DNA from: Dimorphilus gyrociliatus
Taxonomy: Eukaryota; Animalia; Annelida
Length of the DNA: 64,000 nucleotides
Direction of reading: 5' to 3'
NCBI GenBank assembly: GCA_904063045.1
Contig: CAJFCJ010000012.1
Coordinates: 372,001-436,000 of the forward strand
The notes beneath the pieces were generated by a model that was given only the letters and a program-made list of their open reading frames with translations, ran no database searches and was not told the DNA's origin. The position numbers were made by a program, and so were the translations under genes. This document shows, piece after piece, positions 53,021-64,000 of this stretch (its first letter is position 1; every line of letters starts with the position of its first letter).

Positions 53021-53095
53021 AACGGAGGGGGGGAAAGATAGAGATTGAGAGAGAAAGAAAAAAAACAAGAAATATAGAGATATAGATATACAGAA
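52810..53095. repeat. Compound (TA)n/(GT)n/(GA)n tract with an embedded (CG)6 run
   Basis: Directly visible; GCGCGCGCGCGCG at 52987-52999. Confidence 0.9.
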
Positions 53096-55019
53096 AAAGA
53101 AAAATTTGGTAGAGGTATAGGTTGTTTAGTTTTAGATTCTTTTGAACTATAGTACTAAGAACTGCTATTAAATGTGTATAACTTATAAATAACAGAGGAT
53201 GAAAAAATTTCTCATGCTTGTCTATATATAGAGTAAAATCGAGAAATGCTTATACAAAAATGACTTTTTAAAATAAGAAAATGAGCTTTCTCTCTTTGTG
53301 TTTTTTTACTATCTCGTTTTATTTTCATCATTAGATTTTTTTGTTTTCAACTATAATTACGTAATCATTCTGATAGTTAACAGATACTTAAAATTGAATT
53401 CTACTTTCATTCCATCTATTTTGACCTAAAACAGAAATAATTTTTCGCTACATGATTTTGCAGTATACACGGGCAACCGAGGCGTTTCTTTTTTCCCCTG
53501 AGCGTCGTTAAACAGCCCATAATTCATGCTCGGAATATTTCCTGTATTTTTTATGCGGGTCTGTGCACTACGGGGTATAATTAACTAATTAAGGTTGATG
53601 TACCTGTTGTACATTGCCTCTATACCTGATCATACGAGTTCGACAGGTTCGCGCATGCGTACTTGAGAAATTTTAAAATGAACTTTTCTACCAAGATCAT
53701 TTTATTCATGTCTATATACTCTTCCGACAAAAATCCTTTTCGGCCTAAATGATTACCAGGCCTACGGGCGTACTTTAGATTATTATTTTGCCCAGTATTA
53801 ACCAAAAAACAAAACCGAAAAAGTCATCTACAAAACAACTGCAACAGTTTTATTTTCCGGACAAAACCTGAAATGGCTAAGCACTTTTAGCAAAGAATCG
53901 AATATCATTATTAAGGTTATAAACGTTTCAATAAAGCGGATAAAACAGCAATATTTTTTATGGCTGTTTTGCAGAGCCCACGACTTATCAAGGATTTTGC
54001 ATCTTAAAGAATTAACCTATTTCACATGATACATTACAATTATTACAAGTGTTGTTTCTTGTTATATTTTTAATTGTTAAAGTTTACATTAATAATCTCA
54101 CATGATGCGTAATAAAAAATTAGGTTTCTCTTACATCTACGGATTCAACGCGAGGTATAGTATTGTTTGATACAAGATACATATAGGTTTCCGTTTCTAT
54201 TCTATCTTATACATAATTTACTATACAGTAGAATACCTATATTTCACATATAGTCTATAAGTAAGCGTATTTAAATATACTCAAATATAATATGGTATGT
54301 ACTATAAATGTATATACATAACCTTCAATATTCATACGTTTACTACAATATAAATACAAATTATTGAATAATAAACTTGTATTTATTTAAGATTTTATAT
54401 ATTTAACTGAAAGAATAAAAGTAAATCGTGTATATATTTAGAACAGTTCTGCCAATTCCCTTAAAAGGAATTCAAACAGAATCATCAAAATACATTAGCT
54501 TAACTGTATTGGACAGTGAGTAGTATATGGGAACTATGGTCAATAGCAGCAATGCAAATCAAATTCAGTTAAATTATTCAATCTGCTAAGAATGTAGTTG
54601 ATTTTCTTAAAGTACTCGATTTATAAATGGAATCATTATGAAATTATTCAAGTTTTAAGTATAGTTTATGAAGAAACAATACATCTTAAGTTGAAAAGGA
54701 AAATTCTTTTATTCCAATATTAAGAAGAAAAATAATCCAGATGATAAGATGAATTGGAAAAATTTCCCATCAGTCTTTTTTTGTATAGAAAAGAAAGAGA
54801 AAAGTCATTTTTATGTATACCTATATTGTAATAAAATCTCCTTAAGCTTATAAGTAATTTATTACAGCATAATTGAAAGTACATTTTCTAAGGAAAATTC
54901 TTTGAGAAATTATATTCTGCTGAGAAATATTATAGTAGAGAAAAATTCCTGGTAAAGAACCTCTACGCTTGGTATATTACAGAGTCTAATTGGAAAAATT
55001 CAAACAAAACAATTCTGTT

Positions 55020-55500
55020 CCGGCAAACCCGGCGGGAATTTCGCGAAAATCTTCAATTTGAGCAGAAAAAACCGGAAGCAATATACGTAAAATAGTGACA
55101 AACAACCTGAATATTTTTCATTCATCCAACACGTTTTCCTCTTGCTTAATGCGCACCCATTTAAAAAACAAACTCAGACAAACATTATGCTTCCTTAGAT
55201 ACAATATATAACTTAATAAATCACGTAAGCGACTGAAATTTATAAAATAAAAAAAAAGCAAAAATTTTGCCTCACCTGCAGCATGCAACCTTTTTTACCC
55301 GGTAAAAGCCTTATTACGCTCTCATAAGCCTTCGCTTATCTGTCCGTTCCGACGCCGTTCCTAGAGCCATCTGGTGACGGATTTTCTTTAACATGTTAAT
55401 AATATCACTTTTTTTACGGCGATGGCAAAAGTCGACGGCTTAATGGACGAGCGGAAACGGGCCTTATGATGGTCGTTGAAAGAAAAAATTTGATCGATTA
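55020..55500. promoter_or_regulatory. CpG-rich promoter-like patch with E2F-, ETS- and CTCF-like motifs
   Basis: GGCGGGAA at 55031, palindrome TTTTCGCGAAAA at 55039-55050, ACCGGAAG at 55072, CACCAGATGGC on minus at 55366-55376, and minus-strand donor CAG|GTGAGG at 55275. Confidence 0.4.
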
Positions 55501-56899
55501 CGTAATAGCATGTATGTTTTTTTCGGTAGTTTTTGGCAAACTCATTATTCCAAAGGCTAATCTTTAACCGTTAAGCTTTACAGTAGGATTTATCATGTTT
55601 TCGAATCACAAATCTACAGTAGAAAATCCCTTATAAATATCTGCCTGAATGATTTACTAATAATAGTGTAAACAATTAGACTAAAAACCCACTCAGAATT
55701 CTTTATTAAACCAAACAATTCTCATTAATAATTTGTAATTAAAATTTTTTAAACATTAAACAACAACTTGCGAAGAAGAAACCTTAAATTCTTTCTAAAT
55801 AATAAAGACGAAACATGTAAACATCGGAAACATCAGCCGAAAACAAGCTTGTTTGTCTATCTAGCTTTTTTCTATCAAAATTCTCATTTACTTTACTGAA
55901 ATTACCCCGCGATAATGTTAACGAAAGTAGCTGCGCCAGTAGCTAAATCGCCATATTTATATCAAAGTATAGCGAAAATTTAATTCTTAACGATTATTTA
56001 CTAGCAACTGATAATGTGTGGTGGACCATAAATTATACCTGAAGCTTATTTGATGCATTAAAGGTCGTCGAACATCGTAAAATAGCCTTTTTTTTCCTCT
56101 TAACGTTGAAAGTGAAAATACTAAGGGAATTCTTTCTCAATAAGAGATTTCCAGTTCCCTAACGTATTACATAATCATCATTTTGTTGATATTCATATTA
56201 TGAATGGCCTAATTAAAGATTTGATTTAGTCAGTTAGTCGTTGAAAATAAATGGCCGGATTAAATGTTATTTGTTTACAAATAAAATCGACAAGGAAGAT
56301 GGAAAAGGATGCTTTATCTTAAGCGCTATTACTCAATTTATCGTCAAAGGAGACTCCCAGAAAAGAGTAATAAAAGCTTTTTGCATACATTAGTAAATAT
56401 AAAAAAAAAGATAATTTCGTAATGAAGCTCTCTTTATCTTTTTTTGTAAAAATTGGCTAAATTTATGCTCTTACTTATCTTCTTATTCATAGAATTTTTA
56501 CAAATGTCTGGATAGTATTAACGAAAAAATGTCTAATGTTTCATCTAACCGAATTAATAAAGCAAATGTAACTATTTTTTAAACATCATATTTTATGCTA
56601 TATCTTTATTTTGTGTCCCCAATCGAATAAGATAACGTCACGTGGTCAGAAGAAACTTTCATGCATATGCTCTATGTTTATTACTACTCTTATAAGCTTA
56701 TGAATTTGTAGACATAGTCTTTTTTCATTTTTTTATGTTTCGTTTAATTCCCATTTTCTATTATAATATGCAATAACCGAAAGTGACATTTTGGTTTCTT
56801 TTGATAACTAATAGTTTGTTGTTGTTGATAAAAGATCGGTAGGTTGTTTTGACAGAGGTTACATAGCAGATGAATTCGTCATCTTATCGCTTAAGACCT

Positions 56900-56980
56900 T
56901 ATATATATAAATTTTATATATAAATATATATATAGTATATATATATATATAGTGTATATATATTTATATATATATATATT
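56900..56980. repeat. (TA)n low-complexity tract
   Basis: Directly visible. Confidence 0.85.
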
Positions 56981-59900
56981 TACTCTATTTCTTTGAATTA
57001 TTCACAGCTTAACCTAAATAATCAAAGGATTAAGCTAAACAACCCCTTAAAGTGGATGGAAAATACAATTTCGTTACAGTTACTATTTTTTACGTTGGTC
57101 CTGACAAATTGAAAGAGATAGTACGTGGGAATTGAAAAAATAAAAATTTCAAAAGTTTCCCTACCTAATTTAATTCTTTGTCATTATTGTCCTAAATGCA
57201 ATCTGTTGGGTACAAATTCCCGTAAGAATGATCGTACTTTTACGTTTAGTTGCTTATTCCTGATTGTAAAAAGACATTCCCACAATGCAACTCTCATCGA
57301 CTGTTGATCTACTTACAAATAGGAATAACTATAAAGTGGTTTGTTATCGGGGCTATTTATTTAAGCAATTTGTCATCTGATTGGAGATTTCTATGAAAGG
57401 TTTTTCAAAATAGACGAATGAAGCAAAAAAAGATCACTTAATAGTCCTTACGTGCAAGAAAAAAAGGTAGTGAATTGAAGCGTCCTTACGAGTTACTTTG
57501 AAAGTTAGACAACCTAATTGACGATCGATGAATTTCTTAAGCGTAAAATAGGCCTAGAAATATGCCATTCATTTCTTCCTTAAAAAGACAAAACAAGCAT
57601 ATATTTGAGAGTAAATCTCTTATTAAGTAGATGTTCTTAAATTTATGAGTGCAAAATGTGTACATATATATATTAGTATATATATATATGTGCAATTTTT
57701 TTATCTTCTATGTGTGTAGTGCCTATACTGTCTACATATAATTCTGTACTGACATTTATTTACTGTAAATATATTATATACCATCTTACGATGTACAATT
57801 CTTTTTTTTCATCTAATAATCTTCTTTAAAACGTCTTTTTCTTGTCGTTTTTAATTATTTTTTTCATTAATAATTTATTAAAAAAAAAATTCTGTGATAT
57901 CCTTAAAGTTAAATTAAAGAAGAAGAGGAAGAAAAAGAAAAAGAAAAAGAAAAACAAGCATATTTATTTATTGTAATAAAGTAATAACTCTTGTTAATTT
58001 ATAAAGAGTTATTAAGTGTGAAAATTCTCATTTAACTGTCTCTTTTCTTGGATTGTAACAAATAAATAACAAAGCGATGGAAAAAAAGCGTAACAGGCAT
58101 AATTTGGTTTTTTCCACGGATTTTCGAGTTAATTCGATAGCGTCTCTGCTCGCATTTGAAGCTGTCAAGGAAAATTTCGAAGCGCAAGATGTCGGGCCCA
58201 CAGAGTCCTTAATTTTGTTTTGTTTTGATCACGTGATCCAGCTCATTCACGCATTAGGCTCGTTCATGTGTCATCATTTCGTTACAGACATCAGCTAAAA
58301 GTTGGCTCAGAAGCCTTCTACCTTTTTTCAGACAATAAAGCTTTTTACTTAAGGTAAAGTATAAAATAAGAAAATCTAACAAAACAGTAGTAATCATCGT
58401 GTGGCACGTGACAGAATACTGCTCATTTTGTTGTTTTGTTTGCATCGTTAATAGAAGAATAAGCTGTATTGTTATCTTGTGATTTTTAAAGTAAAATATT
58501 TAGTAAAATTTTAATTAGTATCCTATTCTTTGTACATTTAATTGGTAACATCTTGCGCACAGAGAGCTCTAATTGGCGTCTCGAATATACCTAGAAAAAT
58601 CATCTTCAACTAAAAATTTTTATATCTGAAGCAAAAATTTGTCAGCTATTCATTAAAGGCTATCTTCTCTGTTACGCCTTTTCTGTCAGACGACAAATTT
58701 CTATAAAAACATTGAAAAGGTCAATCGCCTTAGGCAAAGTACTGCAATAGGCTATTTATCAACAAACAAAGTGTTATGAGGTTACAAACTAGCATTGCTT
58801 TGACCACGTGATTTTACTTTTGTCATAACTTATTTTCTCTGTTGTCATCGAGTTTTTAAAGCTTTGAGAAAGGCTTAATTTTAAATATTTATGTCTTTGG
58901 GGCATTATGTCAATCAAAAAAGTACACTATGCCTTTATCGCTCTGAACTAAAAAAACCTTTTCATGCAGAGTACTTTTGAAGATGTATAGTGCAATGCAA
59001 GTCAAATTAATTCGTTTACTATTTCGTATTAATATTAATAAATAATTTTAAGGAGGTTAATTTAATATTTAACTAATCTCTTTTATCTATAATACAGACT
59101 AGCAAGTGCAAGTTTATAGATAGCAATTATGGAAACTTTTCTTTCCTTTTAATAGAAACTATTATAAATGTTCTATTTGCATTAATAACATGTTTAATAT
59201 TTATTCATATTTGTTAATGTTTCTCCCTGTTTTTACTTGAATATTGAAGTTAAAAAGTTAAAAGGAGGAGAAGAGAATGAAAAATGAATAAAAGAGAGAA
59301 AAAGGAGGGAAAATGGTAAAAAAAGTTAAAAAAAAAGTCTATTTTTTTAGTGCAATATGGATTACATTTTAACTTTTTTTTAGTTTCGAAAATTTGAGAA
59401 AATTTACACCAGATTTTTATGAAAACATAAAACAGCCATTTTATAAAAATAGGGATGAAATAACTGAGATATATTATATGTTAAGCTTTCAGTAATAAGA
59501 TTTTATTCTAGTTAAATACTAATCACAATCGAGATTTAATCAAAGAGGAATTTGGCTATATATAAATAAATGCTTAGTATCAAAAGTGAATACTTAGATA
59601 GCCAAGTCATAAAAAGTAAAATCCCCGAAAGATTTGCCTTTCCAATTCCCTTATAAAAAATTTAATCTTGAATTGGTTTATTACTTTATTAAAGTAAATA
59701 AAATAAAAATTTGATCTTTTACATTATAAGTAATAGAGCAATATATTGTTCTTAAATTATCAGTTTTGCACGATGATTACTTAAAAGATAAATCTTCATT
59801 TGTTGACGGATAGTCTCATTAATTATTAACTACTTCTTTTGTAGAGCACTATTTATAATCAGTCACATCTAATTTTTCTTCAAAATAAGCCAAGGGCAAT

Positions 59901-62782
59901 CTCTCTGTATAATGGCTTTATACTCTTCTTTTTTTTTGATAAATTGCAGTTACCTAATTCCCTATCGAATTGAAGGAGGAAGAACTGCAAATTTTTATTC
60001 AATTCATCTAAATTGTTCTTTATTTTTAGATAATTTATTCAAATATTTTTTAATTAAATATAAAGTATATATGTTTATATGTATAAATATTATAAAAGAA
60101 CACATAAAAGGACCGCATAGACTTTACATACCTGGATATTGTAAACAAGTACTTTATGTACTATATTTCGTATGCCAGGTATACACGTATAGTTTTCAAG
60201 AAAGAAAAGTCAGCTTAAAAGTTCATATTGATTCTCTTAAATTCATCCTTAGCTTAAGAGGTTTTTAAGAGTTCCTTTATTGAATGTTTAGCAATGTTAA
60301 TTTAAAAAAAAAACAGAGAAACCAACCGATTTTCTCAACCGCAAATCGATAGTGAAGGAAAATTTATATTTCGGTCGGACACTTCCAGTCAGAGTAATTG
60401 AGTAGTTGCCAGATTTTAGTGATAAATATTACACCAGAATCCCTTCTCTCCTAAACCGATAATATTCTGCAGGCGGCTCCTGCAATTGTACGATTGCGGC
60501 TTATCTGTATTGAGAAGAAGACCATCGTCAATTTTCTGCAAAACACTTGCTCATTCTAAGCGAAAAGAAAGAAAGACAATGAGAAAAAAAAATGGGTAAA
60601 AAATAATTTGACCAGTGAATTTTCCTGCTGTTTTTTTTTTCATTGGGGAGTCACTTTATCTTTTGACAGCGTTTGATAGATCCTTTGCGTTTCTTTTTTT
60701 GGGCCTAACGGATTTGAGGTTGGACTCTGATTAGGCGATTGCAGATTATGATAAACAGCTCGATTATCATTTATATTTCGATATCTTCTTATCATATACT
60801 CCTTTGCATATAAAATCGCAAAGTCAAATTGTTTTTATATGATAAATAAAGCTCTAAATATCTTAGTTGCTCTCTCAGCTCCCTCGCTCCTCTTCAAAAA
60901 GCTTTAATAACAACGCCACCTGGCTTGCCAACAAAAATATAACAAATCGTATTAGGACATTTTTCAGATAATTGTGTAAAATGTTTAACAAAAAAAGCTC
61001 ATCTTGAAGTAATTTTTCTAAAGGAAATTAACTAAGCTCTTGTCTCTATTTCCTTGTTTTATCTATAAGGACTCTATTCCAAATCTATCATTATATATAA
61101 TTCTTATTATCAAGTCAATCATATCAGTTATAATCGTATAATTAGGTTCGTGACATCTGCCCGAAGACTTATAGGTTCCTATATTAGAAATTATTCCATC
61201 TTTAATGGTCCCTATAAGTATAATAATACGTATTTCTTCAGCATCTGCACGGAAAATGTTGGAGAAAAATAGAGCATATATATTTATGTTATATATAATT
61301 CTAGTTTTGTCATGGATACTATCCTACTCAACGCATACTTGTGTCGAGTTATTCCTTTGACAGTATGGTTAATCGACATTACTTTTAATAGATACTTTTT
61401 TCATAGATAAACCGTTATTTAGACTAAATTTTTCGATAGACACTTAAACCCTAAAATACTTAAGATATTGAACAAATCTATGCTAAAGAGTTTTTGTTTT
61501 AGGCTCTTTTAAAATAATTTGGCGTTTCTTTTAATATTTTGATTTGTTGTTGTTGTTTTTTTTTACGCTTAACCCCACTTTTACTCCTATTTTTAAGTAA
61601 TTTGTATCTATCGTTCTTCCTTATAAAACTTTGACACAATTAACTGTATCTAAAGTATTGTTAATTACAAAATTAATCATAAAATTCAAATTTTTTACTC
61701 TTAGAGTGGATAATAACCATTACTAAAAATCTTCATTTTCATGTTGAAAATTCCAACTTAAGTATTATGAAATGGGTACAAATTTATTGAAGTTTAGTCT
61801 AAATAGCGTTTTATAAGGAGAAAAATTCTATTTTTGGACAATGTATGATAAAACTTTACTTATAAAAGTTTAAAAAATACTTCTTCTATCTATAGATGTC
61901 TTATGATTAAACTAGTAACTCCACTCATTGCCACTTGTTTCAATTAAATTTCTTAAGTTAATCTAATTTATCTTTCAAAAAGGACAATCGCCTTAATTGA
62001 ATTAAGTCCTTTTTATATACTTTAGATTTTATACGAATTTCAAATAATTGAAATATTAGGCTTTCTTTTACCTAAATAAACTAAACATAAATTTAATTTC
62101 ATGAGGACGATGAGGAACTTTTTTAACTGTTCTTACGCTATTTCTGATGTACTTAACTTGAATGAAAATAGCAGAATTATGTTTTAATATACAGTAGTTA
62201 AAAACCTGTATTTTTAACATTTATAAGGAAAACTAATATTATATCTTTTGATACAATATTGAAAAGAGACTTCAATCTTTTTAATAAAGGCCAATGAGTA
62301 TCAGATACAGTCAATACTGATTATTTTATAATTTAAAGCATTGGTAGGAAAGTTTTTAAATAAGTATGATTTAAGAAAAATACTGATCTTAACAATTTTT
62401 CTTTTGTGGAGTTTCCAATATTTAGCGTCTATATTCTGGAAGATAAATGTAAGTAGATCTATGTATGAACGGGTATAGTATGAAGTAGTCAAGGAAACTA
62501 TGAATCAGAGAAACTTGTGTGTTTTTTTATGGTTCTATTCTAAACCACAAAATTACCCAATTTTAGAAATCTAATTGAACTATATCAATTATCAATTTTC
62601 TTTTACATTTTAATATAATTTATTTAAAAAATATAAACTGTAGAAAAATAATATCAATTGTTTCAATAGAAAATGAATAGAAATACTAAATAAAATACAG
62701 ATGGCACTAGACACTTCGCTTGATAATAAGAACCAAAGTATATCTGCATAGCAGAACATGTAGAAAAAAACATGCCAGGTAT

Positions 62783-63348
62783 TTAAAAATATTTGGCTTG
62801 TTCGATGACATCCAGAATTTGATTCATCAAGATAAAAACTTTCGGATAAAGTCTACTAGGTCTCAAATTAACGACTTTGACAATTTTACTCATATAACTT
62901 ATGTCTTCTCCTCTAATACGGCAGTACAGATGTTCAGCTTGGGCATAAACTTCTTTCATAAAGTCTATGCTATCGCTTGACAAAAATTTTCTTAGAGACG
63001 ACGTATCCTTAAATAATACTCTGTAACACTCATCTAGCAAATTAGTTGTTTTCCCGAAATTAAAGCTCTTTGTCTTCGCAGACTTGTAATGAGAGACGAT
63101 TAAAGTTATAAAAACTGACGGCTCCCAGAAATCATCCTTTATATCAAAATATTGAAGACAATATTAATAATTTATTTCTTTCACTTTACGAAAATACTTA
63201 CTTTATTAATCTTTACTCGACTGCCAATTATGATATCAGCTGACTCTCGTTTGTATTCTCTATTATTTTTACTTGAAACTTTACACTTTAAAGCATCTAA
63301 TACACCAAAAAAGCCTGTAACCATTAATAGAATATAAGAGAACTTCAT
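62783..63348 (-). CDS. Two-exon secreted protein (166 aa), possible NtA (agrin N-terminal)/TIMP-like OB fold; join(63348..63202,63136..62783)
   Basis: ATG at 63348 gives MKFSYILLMVTGFFGVLDA-LKC, a signal-peptide pattern. Exon 1 ends AAA|GTAAGT at 63201. A 65-nt intron ends ATAAAG|GAT at 63137, phase 0, and continues in frame into track ORF 62783..63040. Fold assignment is from motif resemblance only. Confidence 0.75.
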
Positions 63349-64000
63349 ATTTCAAACTTTCTTCGGGAACTTCAATGCTTTACGTTTAAGAGTTGTCGAT
63401 TTGCCTATTTATAAGATTTTTCTATTCAGTTGAAACAGCAAAAAGTTTACTGTTAGTTTCTAAGAGAAGAGAAAATTTAAATATAAATTGAACATAACCA
63501 ATAACCACAAAAAATGAAAAATTTTCTTTACACATATATAAATATATGTTTATATTTATAAAATGACTAGTTGATATAATTCATTTCCATTGAAAAGCAT
63601 TGATACAAATAAACAACCATAGTAAACTTTTGAACAAATGAATATCATAGAAGACTAACTCTTTTATTAAACAATAAAAAATAATAGTTTTAACGAGTTT
63701 AAAAACAAAATTAATATAAACAAAAAATGTGAGATAATTTTCCTCTCAATGAAAAAGTTTTGTTTTAACATTTTAAATCTTTTGTCAGTACTTTATCAAC
63801 TCTATTAGCAACTTGTTTGAATACAATTTTTAAGCCTAAACAAGTGTTGGGTCTCTTTCGAATTATTGCTGGTTTCTTCTTGTAGTTTATACTATTTATA
63901 AATTTGTTTAGTTGATATTCCACAAGCTTAATTCCCTTGCGTGTTTTGAAAATTTTGTTTCCATATTTTTTTAAATTGATGATGCTTTGGACGTTTTGAA

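Noticed and set aside
48324-53068. ORFs 48324, 48358, 50354, 52706 and 52730 (SL/ER-rich)
   Set aside because: These are translations of GA/CT microsatellites.
36208-53643. GTTCGA T-loop-like motifs at 36208 and 53638 as tRNAs
   Set aside because: No cloverleaf stems or D-arm/A-box at the required spacing.
62720-63337. + strand ORFs 62720..62980 and 63152..63337
   Set aside because: Antisense to the secreted-protein gene, which has the signal peptide and clean splice sites.

Overview
AT-rich (roughly 27-30% GC by eye) animal genomic DNA with many very short spliceosomal introns (54-110 nt). It looks like a compact protostome genome, probably lophotrochozoan; a miniature annelid is my best guess, which is inference only. 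I can reconstruct six protein-coding genes: (1) a two-exon orphan rhodopsin-class peptide GPCR (+); (2) a short precursor for six non-amidated (L/Y)PP(L/M/I)E(S/Y)GF(V/A/F) neuropeptides (-); (3) a 16-exon PDE11-like GAF-GAF phosphodiesterase (-); (4) a GABA-B-like class C GPCR of at least 13 exons, with one probable GC-AG intron and an unresolved 5' end (+); (5) an intronless B-type muscarinic acetylcholine receptor with an unusual TM6 WTPWH (-); (6) a two-exon secreted protein with NtA/TIMP-like features, of which the ORF track shows only a fragment (-). About 28 kb between the muscarinic ORF and the last gene has no recognisable CDS. It contains CpG-rich patches, candidate non-coding 5' exons, CTCF-like and promoter-type motifs, and microsatellites. 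I found no rRNA, tRNA, CRISPR array or intact mobile element.
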